Below are positions 43,802 through 53,248 of a stretch of DNA of 64,000 nt, piece after piece. Every line of letters starts with the position of its first letter. The first letter of the stretch is position 1. Position numbers and translations under genes: made by a program. The stretch lies in contig CAXXMU010000002.1 of assembly GCA_963667785.2 (NCBI GenBank), positions 576,001 to 640,000 of the forward strand, given 5' to 3'. Under the pieces are notes generated by a model. The model saw nothing but the letters and a program-made list of their open reading frames with translations. It was not told the origin of the DNA and ran no database searches. Source of the stretch: Alphaproteobacteria bacterium (lineage in GTDB: Bacteria > Pseudomonadota > Alphaproteobacteria > UBA828).

Positions 43802-44599
43802 ATGGCAGGCACGGCGCTGCTCGGCCCGGGCGACCCGCCGCCCTTCGATTCGCTGAACACGCGGAGCACCTCGCGGGCGCTCGTCGTCTGCGACCATGCG
43901 AGCTGCCGCATACCGGCCGCGCTCGGCAACCTCGGCGTGAGCGAGGCGGAGCGCATCGAGCACATCGGCTGGGACATCGGCGCCGCGGCCGTGGCGCGGC
44001 GGCTCAGCGCGCTGCTCGGTGCGCCGGCGATCCTCGCCGGTTACTCCCGCCTGGTGATCGACTGCAACCGGCCTGAGGCGGCGCCGGACAGGATCCCGGC
44101 GGAAAGCGATTCGGTGCCGGTGCCGTGCAACGCAAACCTGGACGAGGCGGCGGTGGAGGCGCGCATCGCGGCGATCTTCACTCCCTATCACGACGCGATC
44201 CACGACGCCCTGGAGCGGATGTGCGCGCGCGGCGACGTGCCTGTGCTGATCGCGGTCCACAGCTTCACCCCGCAGCTCGCGGGCGGCGAGCCGCGCCCGT
44301 GGGAGATCGGTGTCTGCTGGGACAAGGACCAGCGCATGTCGGCGCCGCTGATCGAGCGCCTGCGGGCCGACGGGATCAACGTCGGCGCCAACGAGCCCTA
44401 CGACTTCGGCGTCCTCACCGACTACACCGTGCCGATCCACGCCGAGAGCAGGGGGCTGCCCTCGCTTCTCGTCGAGATCCGCAACGACGAGATTCGCACG
44501 CCCGCGGAGATCGAGACCTGGGCGCAGCGCCTCGCCCGCCACATCCCCGCACTGCTGGCCCTGCCGGAGACGCAGCGTATCGAACACGCCACCGGGTAG
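43802..44599 (+). CDS. N-formylglutamate amidohydrolase family protein
   Basis: CDHAS, HIGWDIGA, SRLVIDCNR, VHSFTP, NEPY, VEIRND. Confidence 0.9.
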   Translation: MAGTALLGPGDPPPFDSLNTRSTSRALVVCDHASCRIPAALGNLGVSEAERIEHIGWDIGAAAVARRLSALLGAPAILAGYSRLVIDCNRPEAAPDRIPAESDSVPVPCNANLDEAAVEARIAAIFTPYHDAIHDALERMCARGDVPVLIAVHSFTPQLAGGEPRPWEIGVCWDKDQRMSAPLIERLRADGINVGANEPYDFGVLTDYTVPIHAESRGLPSLLVEIRNDEIRTPAEIETWAQRLARHIPALLALPETQRIEHATG

Positions 44600-44641
44600 C
44601 GCCGCAGCGGGAGGGCGACGCGCCGTTCCCTTTTCACGCTA

Positions 44642-44726
44642 CGGCCGGATTCGTTCCGGCCATCCACGAGTTTTCGTGTAGCAGGGGCAAAGAACGTGGA
44701 TGCCCGGAACGAGTCGGGGCATGACG
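44642..44726. repeat. second copy of the REP/MITE-like palindromic element
   Basis: GGCCGGATTCGTTCCGGCCATCCACG...CGTGGATGCCCGGAACGAGTCGGGGCATGACG, matching 7486-7580; between convergent genes. Confidence 0.82.
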
Positions 44727-44750
44727 TGTCACGTTGATAGCCGCGTTCGG

Positions 44751-45476
44751 TTATTCGAAGGGCAGGGGAGCGAGGGCCTCGCCGCTCGGCGGGCGGCGGA
44801 AGCGCTGCAGCAGGTAGCGCCGGAGGAACTCTTCCTCCCACTCCCTGGTGCGCTTGATCGCCAGAGCGATCTCCGGCTCCTCCATCGTCATCATCACGAC
44901 GTAGGCGTAGTTCTCCGCGGCCGCGCCGACCTCCCGCAGGTTGGTCTCCGGGTCGCCGGCGATGATCGTCGCCGTGCTGAGCAGGAAGAGCGCTTCCACG
45001 TCGTCCTTGAGCACGCCGAGGCCGCGCGCGTAGAGCACGCCGAGGTTGAAGCGGCTCGCCGCGTCGTCCTGCGCGCCGGCGCGGGCGAACCAGTCGGCCG
45101 CCACCGCATAGTCGCGCTCGACGCCGAGGCCGCCGGCATAGATGGTGCCCATGTTGAACTGGCCGGTGACATCGCCCTGCTCGGCGGCGAGCCGGGTCCA
45201 GTGCAGCGCCTTCGCATGGTCGACCGCAACGCCCTGGCCGTGGATGTAGAGACTGCCGAGCGCCGCCTGGGCCCGCGCGTCGCCTGCCTCGGCGAGCGGC
45301 GTCCATGCCTCGAGCGCAGCCGCGATGTCGCCCCGCTCGTAGGCTTCCTGGCCGCTCTCCCAGTCGGCAAGGGCGCTGCCCGGCGCCGGCGCCATCACGG
45401 CGAGGCCTACGGTGAGGGCGAGCGCCAGCGCGGTCGCCGCCCGTCGCAGGCCGTGCCGCGCGCGGCGATCCTTCAT
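44751..45476 (-). CDS. Sel1-like repeat protein with N-terminal signal peptide
   Basis: Three SLR units ([13 protein letters not shown]; [13 protein letters not shown]; [13 protein letters not shown]); start overlaps the guaA stop. Confidence 0.85.
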   Translation of the reverse strand: MKDRRARHGLRRAATALALALTVGLAVMAPAPGSALADWESGQEAYERGDIAAALEAWTPLAEAGDARAQAALGSLYIHGQGVAVDHAKALHWTRLAAEQGDVTGQFNMGTIYAGGLGVERDYAVAADWFARAGAQDDAASRFNLGVLYARGLGVLKDDVEALFLLSTATIIAGDPETNLREVGAAAENYAYVVMMTMEEPEIALAIKRTREWEEEFLRRYLLQRFRRPPSGEALAPLPFE

Positions 45477-47017
45477 TCCCATTCGATCGTCCCCGGCGGT
45501 TTCGAGGTCACGTCGTAGACCACGCGGTTGATACCCCGCACCTCGTTGACGATACGGTTCGCGACGGCGCCGAGGAAACCCATGTCGAAGTGGTAGAAGT
45601 CGGCGGTCATGCCGTCCGCCGAGGTGACGGCGCGCAGCGCGCAGACATGCTCGTAGGTGCGCGCATCGCCCATGACGCCCACCGTGCGCACCGGCAGCAG
45701 CACCGCGAAGGCCTGCCAGATGGCGTCGTAGAGCCCGGCGTTGCGTATCTCCTCGATCAGGATCGCATCGGCCTGGCGCAGGATCGCGAGCTTCTCCTCC
45801 GTCACCTCACCGGGAATACGGATCGCAAGCCCCGGGCCGGGGAAGGGGTGGCGCCCGGTCAGCGCCTCCGGCATGCCGAGGGCGCGGCCGAGCGCGCGCA
45901 CCTCGTCCTTGAAGAGCATGCGCAAAGGCTCGACCAGCTCGAGGTTCATCCGCTCCGGCAGCCCGCCGACATTGTGGTGCGACTTGATGACCGCGCTCGG
46001 GCCGCTGACCGAAACCGATTCGATCACGTCCGGATAGAGGGTTCCCTGGGCCAGGAAGTCGGCATCGTCGGCGCTCCGCGCGGCCCGCTCGAACACGTCG
46101 ATGAAGGTGGTGCCGATGATGCGGCGCTTCTCCTCGGGCTCGGTGATGCCGGCGAGCCGTTCCAGGAACGCGGCCCTCGCGTCCTCGTGGACGAGCGGGA
46201 TGTTGTAGTGGCCGCGGAAGAGCTCCGCGACCTCGTCAGCCTCGCGCTCGCGCATCATGCCGGTATCGACGAAGACGCAGGTGAGCTGCTCGCCGATCGC
46301 CTCGTGCAGCAGCACCGCCACCACCGACGAATCGACGCCGCCCGAGAGCCCGCAGATCACCCGGCCTTCGCCCACCTGGGCGCGGATCGCCTCGACGGCG
46401 CTGACGCGGAACGAGGCCATCGACCACTCGCCGCGACAGCCCGCGACGCGGCGCGCGAAGTTCTCCAGTAGCGCCGCCCCGTGGGGGGTGTGCACCACCT
46501 CGGGGTGGAACTGGATGCCGTAGAAGCCGCGCGCGTCGTCGGCGATCGTGGCGAAGGGGGCCGAGTCGGTTCGCGCCACAACGCGAAAGCCGGCCGGCAC
46601 CGCCGCCACCGCGTCGCCGTGGCTCATCCACACCTGCTCCCGCGCGCCCACCGGCCAGACGCCGTCGAACAGCGCGCAAGGCTCCACCACATCGAGGAAG
46701 GCGCGCCCGAACTCGCGCTGGCTCGCGGATTCGACCGCGCCCCCCAGTGCCGCGCACATGGCCTGCTGGCCGTAGCAGATGCCGAGCAGCGGAATACCGA
46801 GCCGGTAGAGGCCCTCGTCCGGCCGCGGCGCCTCAGCCTGCGTCAGCGATGCCGGGCCGCCCGAGAGGATCACGCCCTCGGGCGCCAGCCGCTCGATCTC
46901 GGCCGCCGGCACGGAGAAGGGGCGGATCTCGCAATAGACCCCGGCCTCGCGCACGCGCCTCGCGATGAGCTGTGTCACCTGCGAGCCGAAGTCGAGAATC
47001 AGGATCCGCTCGGTCAT
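45473..47017 (-). CDS. guaA: GMP synthase (glutamine-hydrolysing)
   Basis: [48 protein letters not shown]. Confidence 0.97.
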   Translation of the reverse strand: MTERILILDFGSQVTQLIARRVREAGVYCEIRPFSVPAAEIERLAPEGVILSGGPASLTQAEAPRPDEGLYRLGIPLLGICYGQQAMCAALGGAVESASQREFGRAFLDVVEPCALFDGVWPVGAREQVWMSHGDAVAAVPAGFRVVARTDSAPFATIADDARGFYGIQFHPEVVHTPHGAALLENFARRVAGCRGEWSMASFRVSAVEAIRAQVGEGRVICGLSGGVDSSVVAVLLHEAIGEQLTCVFVDTGMMREREADEVAELFRGHYNIPLVHEDARAAFLERLAGITEPEEKRRIIGTTFIDVFERAARSADDADFLAQGTLYPDVIESVSVSGPSAVIKSHHNVGGLPERMNLELVEPLRMLFKDEVRALGRALGMPEALTGRHPFPGPGLAIRIPGEVTEEKLAILRQADAILIEEIRNAGLYDAIWQAFAVLLPVRTVGVMGDARTYEHVCALRAVTSADGMTADFYHFDMGFLGAVANRIVNEVRGINRVVYDVTSKPPGTIEWE

Positions 47018-47106
47018 GAATCACCGTCACACGGGGCCCCGACCGGCGCAAGATCGGCCAGATCGGGCGAAGCGTTCGCCGCTGCCGGCGGAAGGCGTAT
47101 GCTGTG

Positions 47107-47257
47107 CTAGAGCGTATCCGTCTTTGACGGATACGCGACAGGCCGCGACTGCGGCCCGCCGTCTATGCGGCGCGCCCGCGCAGGCGCCGGCCGCAGGCCG
47201 GCTGCCGTGAGCGACAAAGAGGCTGGAGCGTTTCCGTGTAGAGCGGACACGCTCTAG
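47107..47257. mobile_element. 151-bp MITE-like element with CTAG-ended terminal inverted repeats
   Basis: TIRs CTAGAGCGTATCCG / CGGACACGCTCTAG (13 of 14 complementary); each end also folds as a local hairpin. Confidence 0.75.
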
Positions 47258-47285
47258 GCGCGGCGAGGAGGGGAGGGCCCGGCCG

Positions 47286-47522
47286 ATGGAGCGATGCAGC
47301 CCGCACGCATGGCGCACGCCTGTGGCAGGCGATTCGGCGCTCGTCTGCGACGTGTGCGAGAGCCGGCTCGATCTCGTGTCCGAGATCACGCCGGCGGTGC
47401 AGGCCGACATCCTGCGGGATTACCGCCGCCGCTGCGGCCCCATCGTCGGCCAGCACTTCGAGGAGGCGCTGGAGGCGGCGCTCGCCGAGGCGCGGCGGCG
47501 CGCCGGGAGGCGGGGCGGCTGA
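47286..47522 (+). CDS. small hypothetical protein with CxxH-x13-CxxC motif
   Basis: Purine-rich RBS (GAGGAGGGGAGG) upstream, GC3-rich codons, 78 aa. Confidence 0.55.
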   Translation: MERCSPHAWRTPVAGDSALVCDVCESRLDLVSEITPAVQADILRDYRRRCGPIVGQHFEEALEAALAEARRRAGRRGG

Positions 47523-47523
47523 G

Positions 47524-47664
47524 ATGCGCCGCTTCCTGAGGGACGCCGCCGTCGCCCTGGTGGTGGGCGCCGTCCTGGTGGCGCTGGCCATCCTCTTCAA
47601 GCCCCCGCCCGACGACGCGCCGGACGCCGCGCCGCCGCCGGCTGAGGCGGGGGCGGAGCCCTAG
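47524..47664 (+). CDS. 46-aa single-TM micro-protein (not in the ORF track)
   Basis: MRRFLRDAAVALVVGAVLVALAILFKPPPDDAPDAAPPPAEAGAEP*; starts 1 nt after the upstream stop. Confidence 0.5.
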   Translation: MRRFLRDAAVALVVGAVLVALAILFKPPPDDAPDAAPPPAEAGAEP

Positions 47665-47710
47665 CATGCCGATCGAGACGGTCGACCGCATCGACGAGGT
47701 GCCCCCGTCA

Positions 47711-47730
47711 CGTCATGGCCGGGCATGACG
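47711..47730. repeat. internally deleted REP element (fused termini CGTCATG-GCCGGG-CATGACG)
   Basis: Same termini as 7486-7580; 10 bp from the higA stop. Confidence 0.55.
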
Positions 47731-47740
47731 AGCCCGGTTG

Positions 47741-48046
47741 CTATGCCGCCGACTGCCTCGGCGTAACCCGTTCGTCTATCTCGCGGCCCCTGGCAATCTC
47801 GGCCCGCCGCAGCTCCCATGTCTTCTGCAGGTTCATCCAGAGTTGCGGAGTCGTTCCGAAATACCGCGCCAGCCTGAGCGCCGTATCCGCGCTCACCCCC
47901 CGCTGGCCGTTGAGGATCATCGTGATCCGATTCACCGGCACGCCCAGCGACTTCGCCAGCTCGTTCGCTGACAGGCCGAGCCCGGCGATCTCCTCGCGAA
48001 GGATCTCACCTGGGTGCACCGGCCGCATTCCGTTCCGGACAGTCAT
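47741..48046 (-). CDS. higA: HigA-family antitoxin
   Basis: PVHPGEIL, HTH, DTALRLARYFGTTPQLWMNLQ. Confidence 0.93.
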   Translation of the reverse strand: MTVRNGMRPVHPGEILREEIAGLGLSANELAKSLGVPVNRITMILNGQRGVSADTALRLARYFGTTPQLWMNLQKTWELRRAEIARGREIDERVTPRQSAA

Positions 48047-48057
48047 GTTCGCACCCC

Positions 48058-48336
48058 TCAGTGGTAGTCGACGATCTCCACGTCGGATGGGCCTTCGTCA
48101 GTCCAGCGAAAGCAAATGCGCCATTGCACGTTGACTCGAATGCTGTGCTGCCCCTCCCGGTTACCCCGCAACGCCTCCAGCCGATTGCTCGGCAAGGCGG
48201 CGAGGTCCCGAAGCGATTCGGCTGCATCAAGAAGTGCAAGGCGCCGCGCCGCCTGATCGGCGAACCCCTGAAATGCCGAGACGCGATGACCTTCGAAGAA
48301 GCGCTGCGTGTCCCGTCCCTTGAAGCTTCGAATCAT
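48058..48336 (-). CDS. higB: HigB-family (RelE/ParE) toxin
   Basis: MIRSF..., NRLEALRGNREGQHSIRVN.QWRICF.W..VEIVDYH. Confidence 0.93.
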   Translation of the reverse strand: MIRSFKGRDTQRFFEGHRVSAFQGFADQAARRLALLDAAESLRDLAALPSNRLEALRGNREGQHSIRVNVQWRICFRWTDEGPSDVEIVDYH

Positions 48337-48344
48337 TCTCGGGA

Positions 48345-48373
48345 ACAGTACTCGCTGTTACGTACTCCGTAAA
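48345..48373 (-). promoter_or_regulatory. higBA promoter (near-leaderless)
   Basis: Minus strand TTTACG-N17-TACTGT ending 8 nt before the higB ATG; no SD; AGTAC/GTACT dyad overlapping the promoter. Confidence 0.55.
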
Positions 48374-48381
48374 CGCTCCCC

Positions 48382-49569
48382 TCATGCCTTCAGGCGGCTG
48401 CCCAGATGGTCGACGGCCGCCGAGACGCCGCCCCTGCCGTGCGGGATGTCGAGTGCGACGAGCCCGGTCTCCACGGCCCCGAGCGTGCCGAGCATCATGG
48501 GCGCGTTGACGTAGCCCATGTGGGCGATGCGGAAGGCGTGACCGCTGAGCGGACCCAGGCCGATGCCGAGGCTGACGTTGCAGAGCTCCGGGCACCAGTC
48601 GAGCAGGCGGCCGAGATGCGGCTCCTCCAGCAGGATCGTCGTCACCGTCGGCGAGCGTTCCGACGCCTCGGGAGCGTTGAAGGCCAGCGCGCCGCCCTCG
48701 CACCAGCGCTCCACCGCCGCCTGGGTCGCGCCGGCCAGCAGCGCGTGGCGGTGGAAGGCGTCCTCCATCCCCTCCTCGAACAGCATGTCGAGGGACTTGC
48801 GCAGGCCGAACAGCAGGTGCACGGGCGGAGTGCCGCAGTATTTCATGTAGTGGATCTCGCCCTCGCGCACGGTCCAGTCCCAGTAGCGCGTCCTGAGACC
48901 GGCATCGGCGTGGGCGGCGCGCGCCTTCTCTCCCGCCGCGACGAAGCTCAGGCCGGGCGTCATCATCAGCCCCTTCTGCGCGCCGCCGACCGCAACGTCG
49001 ACGCCCCAGCCGTCCATCTCGAACGGCATCGAGCCGAGCGAGGCGATGACGTCGACCATGAAGAGCGCGTCGTGGCCGCTCGCGGCGATGGCCTCGCCCA
49101 GCGCCGCGATGTCGTTCGCGATGCCGGAGGCGGTGTCCACCTGCACCACCAGCACGGCCTTGATCGCGCCCGCGCCATCGGCGCGCAGCCGCGCCTCGAG
49201 CGCTGCCGGCGAGACGGCGCGCCGGGGCTCGGCCTCCAGCACCTCGACCTCGATGCCGAGCGGCTCGGCCATCTCGCCCCAGCCGACGGCGAAGCGCCCG
49301 CTCTCCAGCACCAGCACCTTGTCGCCGCGCGAGAGCACGTTGGTGAGCGCCGCCTCCCAGGCGCCGTGGCCGTTGGCGATGTAGATGTAGGTGCGGCCCT
49401 CACGCGTGCGGAAGACGCGGCGCAGGTCGTCCAGGCAGGTATCGGTGATCCCCGTGAGCTCGCCGCCGTAGATGTCGACGGCCGGCCGGTGCATGGCCTG
49501 CAGCACCTCGTCGGGAACGGTGGTGGGGCCGGGAAGGGCCAGGAAATCGCGGCCGCGGCTTACGGGCAT
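48382..49569 (-). CDS. class V PLP aminotransferase (serine-glyoxylate/alanine-glyoxylate-like)
   Basis: GR.FLALPGPT, NGHGAWEAAL, VDTASG, GAQKGLM, FRIAHMG. Confidence 0.9.
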   Translation of the reverse strand: MPVSRGRDFLALPGPTTVPDEVLQAMHRPAVDIYGGELTGITDTCLDDLRRVFRTREGRTYIYIANGHGAWEAALTNVLSRGDKVLVLESGRFAVGWGEMAEPLGIEVEVLEAEPRRAVSPAALEARLRADGAGAIKAVLVVQVDTASGIANDIAALGEAIAASGHDALFMVDVIASLGSMPFEMDGWGVDVAVGGAQKGLMMTPGLSFVAAGEKARAAHADAGLRTRYWDWTVREGEIHYMKYCGTPPVHLLFGLRKSLDMLFEEGMEDAFHRHALLAGATQAAVERWCEGGALAFNAPEASERSPTVTTILLEEPHLGRLLDWCPELCNVSLGIGLGPLSGHAFRIAHMGYVNAPMMLGTLGAVETGLVALDIPHGRGGVSAAVDHLGSRLKA

Positions 49570-49675
49570 GGCATACCTCTAGAGGTTCGGCGGCCGGGCC
49601 GGCCGCCGGGCCTTGCCCTACCCCTCCCGCATCGCTTGGGCAACCCCGTTCTGCGCGCGCCCGCCGCCGGCAGCC

Positions 49676-50524
49676 CTAAAGGCCCATCTGGGCGAGCACG
49701 GCCGCCGTGAGAGCGCTGCCGGGGCGACCCATCTCCATGACCACCGAGTAGTGGTTGAGGCCGCCGGCCTCGATCACCGTGGCGTCGTAGCCGCACGTCC
49801 GCCAGGCATCGGCGAAGGCGCGGTTCTGGGCGATGAAGGCGGCGGTCTCAGCCGCGCCGACCGCGGCGATGAGCGGCGCGCCGCCCGCCGCCGGCAGGAG
49901 GTGGATCGGGCTGTTCCGCGCGGCCGCTGCGGCGTCGAGCCGGATGTCGTCGTTGATGCTGGTCTCCATCAGCGGCGCCAGGTCGAAGATGCCGGAGATC
50001 GCCGTGCCGCCCTTCACCAGGTCGGCGGCTCGGCCCCGCGCCGCCCAGTCGGTGCACAGCATCATGGCGGTGAGGTGCCCGCCGGCCGAATGCCCGGAGA
50101 CGAAGATGCGGCCCGCGTCGCCGTTGAGCGTGTCCGCGTTGTCGGCGATCCACTCGACCGCGGTGCGGCACTGCTCGACGATGGTCTCGAGGGTCACCGC
50201 GGGCGCCAGCGCGTAGTTGAGCGAGACGGCCGCGCCGGCGGCGGCGACGATGCCCTCGGCGGGGAAGGAGTGCACGTCCTTGTCCATGGCGCGCCAGTAG
50301 CCGCCGTGGATGAACACCTGGATCGGCGCGCCGCTTTCTGAGGCCGGGAAGAGGTCCGCGGTCATGCCGGGGCCGTCGCCGTAGCGCACGTCCAGGGTGC
50401 AGGCGAGAGCCTCGCGCACCCGCACGCTCTCGGCCTCCCACACCGCGAAATGATCCTCGAAGTCCGGGTGCCGCAGGCGCAGGTTGTATTCCGCCTCCTG
50501 CGGGAGATCCCGCCGCTCGCTCAT
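49676..50524 (-). CDS. alpha/beta hydrolase, arylformamidase-like
   Basis: FIHGGYW, GHSAGGH, SGIFDL, NHY. Confidence 0.88.
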   Translation of the reverse strand: MSERRDLPQEAEYNLRLRHPDFEDHFAVWEAESVRVREALACTLDVRYGDGPGMTADLFPASESGAPIQVFIHGGYWRAMDKDVHSFPAEGIVAAAGAAVSLNYALAPAVTLETIVEQCRTAVEWIADNADTLNGDAGRIFVSGHSAGGHLTAMMLCTDWAARGRAADLVKGGTAISGIFDLAPLMETSINDDIRLDAAAAARNSPIHLLPAAGGAPLIAAVGAAETAAFIAQNRAFADAWRTCGYDATVIEAGGLNHYSVVMEMGRPGSALTAAVLAQMGL

Positions 50525-50554
50525 CCCGTCGCTCCCGTCGTTCGGTTGCCGTCG

Positions 50555-52024
50555 TCACTCGCCCCGCAGCAGGTCGAAGGCGACGCTGATGCGCTCGCCT
50601 TCGCCGGCGAAGGGCAGGGTGCGGTGAAACATGTACGAGGGGAAGAGCAGCATCAGCCCTTCCTCCGGCTCGATCAGGCGGGTCTCCGGCTCCGCCCTCA
50701 TACGGAAGTCCCAGTAGGGGCGGCCGAACTCGATCCACCCGGCGGTGCCGTCGTCGTCCGCGCCGAGGGAGCGGGGCAGGGCGACGTAGTAGACGCCGCT
50801 GAGCCAGGCCGAGGGGTGGATGTGGGGCACCTGGTAGGCGCCCTCGTCGAGGATCACCCCCCACGCCGTGATCCTGACGCTCTGCGGAACGTCGGCGAGG
50901 AAGGGATGGCCGGGGTCCTGCGGCAGCGCCGCGCGATAGGCGTCGAGCGCGCGCTCCACCAGCACGCCGAACGCCGCCGCCGGGCCACCCCGGCCGGGCA
51001 GCAGCTCGCCGGTGCTGCGCCCGCGCTCCATGGAGTAGCTCTCCGGCGCCTCCCGCAGCGTCGGATGCTCCCGGACGTGGGCGGCGAGCGCCTCGTTGAA
51101 GGCAGCGATGTCGCCGAAGCCGGCGGGCGGGGCGCAGCGCTCGCGGCGCAGCAGGCGGTCGAAGTCGAGCAGGGCGCGCGCCTCTTCCCGCTCGCCCGCT
51201 TCCTGCAGCGCCACCGCCTTCATCGCCAGCGCGCCGCTCTGGCCCGGCCGGCGCGCCAGCAGATCGTCGCAGGCGGCGAGCGCGGCCTGCGGATCGCGGC
51301 GGTCGAGATGGGCATGGACGTGGCGCGGCTTCCCCACCTCGAACGAGGAGTCGAGGATGTCGGGGCGGAACGCCGCGGCCTGCCCGTAGGCCGCCACCGC
51401 CTCGTCGAGACGGCCCCCGGCATAGAGGACGTTCCCCAGCGCGAAGTGGGCCTCGGCATTGCCGGGCTCGATCTCCAGCGCCTGGCGGAAGGCGCGCGCG
51501 GCCTCGTCGAGATCGCCCCTCGCGTGGTGGACGAGCCCGATGCGGAGCAGGGTGCCCGCGTGATCGGGACGCAGCGCGGCCGCCCGGCCGAAAGCCCCGG
51601 CGGCGCCGTCGAGGTCTCCGGCGGCCCGCAGCGCCTGACCGAGATTGAGGTGGGTCTCGGCCCTCTCCGGGTCGATCGCGACGGCCCGGCGATAGGCGGC
51701 GAGGGCTGCGTCGATGCGCCCCGCCGCCTGCAGCACGTTGCCGAGGTCGTTGTGGGCGCCGGCGTCGCCGGCATCGAGGGCGACGGCGCGTTGCAGCAGC
51801 ATCGCCGCCTCGTCCAGCGCCTCGAGCCGGAAGGCGGCCAACGCGCAGGCCTTCAGCGCGTCGCGGTGGTCGGGGCGGGCGGCGAGAACGCTGCGGTAGA
51901 GCGCCCGCGCCTCCGCGTGCCGCCCGGTCCGCCCGTAGCGCGCGGCGCGGTGCATCGCCTCCCGCACGCGCGTCGGCGAGAGCCGCTGCCTCCTGCCTCC
52001 CTCCGCCCGTCTCCCGCTCGCCAT
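50555..52024 (-). CDS. TPR-repeat protein with C-terminal putative 2OG-Fe(II) oxygenase domain
   Basis: About 6 TPR units (AHNDLGNVL, THLNLGQAL, AHFALGNVL) followed by PHIHPSAWLSGVYY, FPSYMFH, RISVAFD. Confidence 0.85.
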   Translation of the reverse strand: MASGRRAEGGRRQRLSPTRVREAMHRAARYGRTGRHAEARALYRSVLAARPDHRDALKACALAAFRLEALDEAAMLLQRAVALDAGDAGAHNDLGNVLQAAGRIDAALAAYRRAVAIDPERAETHLNLGQALRAAGDLDGAAGAFGRAAALRPDHAGTLLRIGLVHHARGDLDEAARAFRQALEIEPGNAEAHFALGNVLYAGGRLDEAVAAYGQAAAFRPDILDSSFEVGKPRHVHAHLDRRDPQAALAACDDLLARRPGQSGALAMKAVALQEAGEREEARALLDFDRLLRRERCAPPAGFGDIAAFNEALAAHVREHPTLREAPESYSMERGRSTGELLPGRGGPAAAFGVLVERALDAYRAALPQDPGHPFLADVPQSVRITAWGVILDEGAYQVPHIHPSAWLSGVYYVALPRSLGADDDGTAGWIEFGRPYWDFRMRAEPETRLIEPEEGLMLLFPSYMFHRTLPFAGEGERISVAFDLLRGE

Positions 52025-52070
52025 GCCCGCGAGACTCCTCCGTCGTCCGCGCCGGAGATGCTAGCCCGCC

Positions 52071-53156
52071 TTAGGGGCCGGGGCGATGGCGCGCGGCATG
52101 GCGGACCAGCTTGCGCGTCAGTGCCGGCAGCGCGTGCTCCGAGAAGCGGGAGGGCGGGCACCAGATGCCGGCAAGGTCGCCGCCTCCGCCGTCGGTCTCG
52201 GCGGTCGCCACCAGGAACTCGATCTCGAAATGGGTGAAGCCGTGCCGCACCGGCTCCGGCAGCGCCTGCCAGGGGCGCGCCTCGGGCGCATGGGTCGTTG
52301 CCTCCGCGAGCTCCCAGGGCTCCGCCCGCCAGGGCGTGCTCGGCAGCTCGATCATTCCGCCGAGCAGGCCCTCGTCCGGCCGGCGCCGCAGCAGCACGGC
52401 GCCGTCGGCGCGCATCAGCCAGAAGGCGACGCCGTGGCGCAGCGGACGCGGGCGCGTGCGAGCCCGGCGCGGCAGGCTCTCGGCGAGGCCCCGCGCCCGC
52501 CCCTCGCAGGCGCCCTGCCAGGGGCAGGCGAGGCAGCCGGGCTTGCGCGGCGTGCAGACCGTGGCGCCGAGGTCCATCAGCGCCTGCGCGTAGTCGCCGG
52601 GCCGGGTGCGGGGGGTGAGCGCGGCGGCGAGAGCGTGCAGCGCGGGCTTCGCCGCCGGCAGCGGCGTCTCGACCGCGCGCAGGCGGGCGATCACCCGCTC
52701 GACATTGCCGTCGACCACGGTCGCCGGCCGCCCGTAGGCGATGGCAGCGATGGCGGCGGCGGTGTAGCGCCCGATCCCCGGCAGCGCCCGCAGCGCCTTC
52801 TCGTCGGCCGGGAAGCGCCCGCCCTGATCGGCCAGCACGGCCCGCGCGCAGGCGTGCAGGTTGCGGGCACGGGCGTAGTAGCCGAGCCCCTGCCAGGCAT
52901 GGAGCACCTCATCGAGCTCGGCGGCGGCGAGCGCCTCCAGGGTCGGCCAGCGCTCCAGGAAGCGCCGGAAATAGCCGGCGACGACCGGCACGGTGGTCTG
53001 CTGCAGCATGATCTCGCTGAGCCAGACCTCGTAGGGCTCCGGCGTCTCGCCGGGCGGTGCGCGCCAGGGCAGGCGGCGGCGGTGGCGGTCGTACCAGTCG
53101 AGCAGCAGCCGGGCCAGCCGCGCAGGCGAGTCGGGCTTCGGCTTCGACTCTGGCAT
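52071..53156 (-). CDS. mutY: A/G-specific adenine glycosylase
   Basis: WLSEIMLQQT, GLGYYARARNL, LPGIGRYTA, VDGNVERV, Fe-S C-x6-C-x2-C-x5-C. Confidence 0.95.
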   Translation of the reverse strand: MPESKPKPDSPARLARLLLDWYDRHRRRLPWRAPPGETPEPYEVWLSEIMLQQTTVPVVAGYFRRFLERWPTLEALAAAELDEVLHAWQGLGYYARARNLHACARAVLADQGGRFPADEKALRALPGIGRYTAAAIAAIAYGRPATVVDGNVERVIARLRAVETPLPAAKPALHALAAALTPRTRPGDYAQALMDLGATVCTPRKPGCLACPWQGACEGRARGLAESLPRRARTRPRPLRHGVAFWLMRADGAVLLRRRPDEGLLGGMIELPSTPWRAEPWELAEATTHAPEARPWQALPEPVRHGFTHFEIEFLVATAETDGGGGDLAGIWCPPSRFSEHALPALTRKLVRHAARHRPGP

Positions 53157-53248
53157 CGGCGCCCCGCTCACCGGCCGCCGCGCCGCTTCACAGCGGGCGG
53201 CAATGGGCGTACACCGTAGCCCTGACCCCGCGACTCCCGGCCCCGGAC

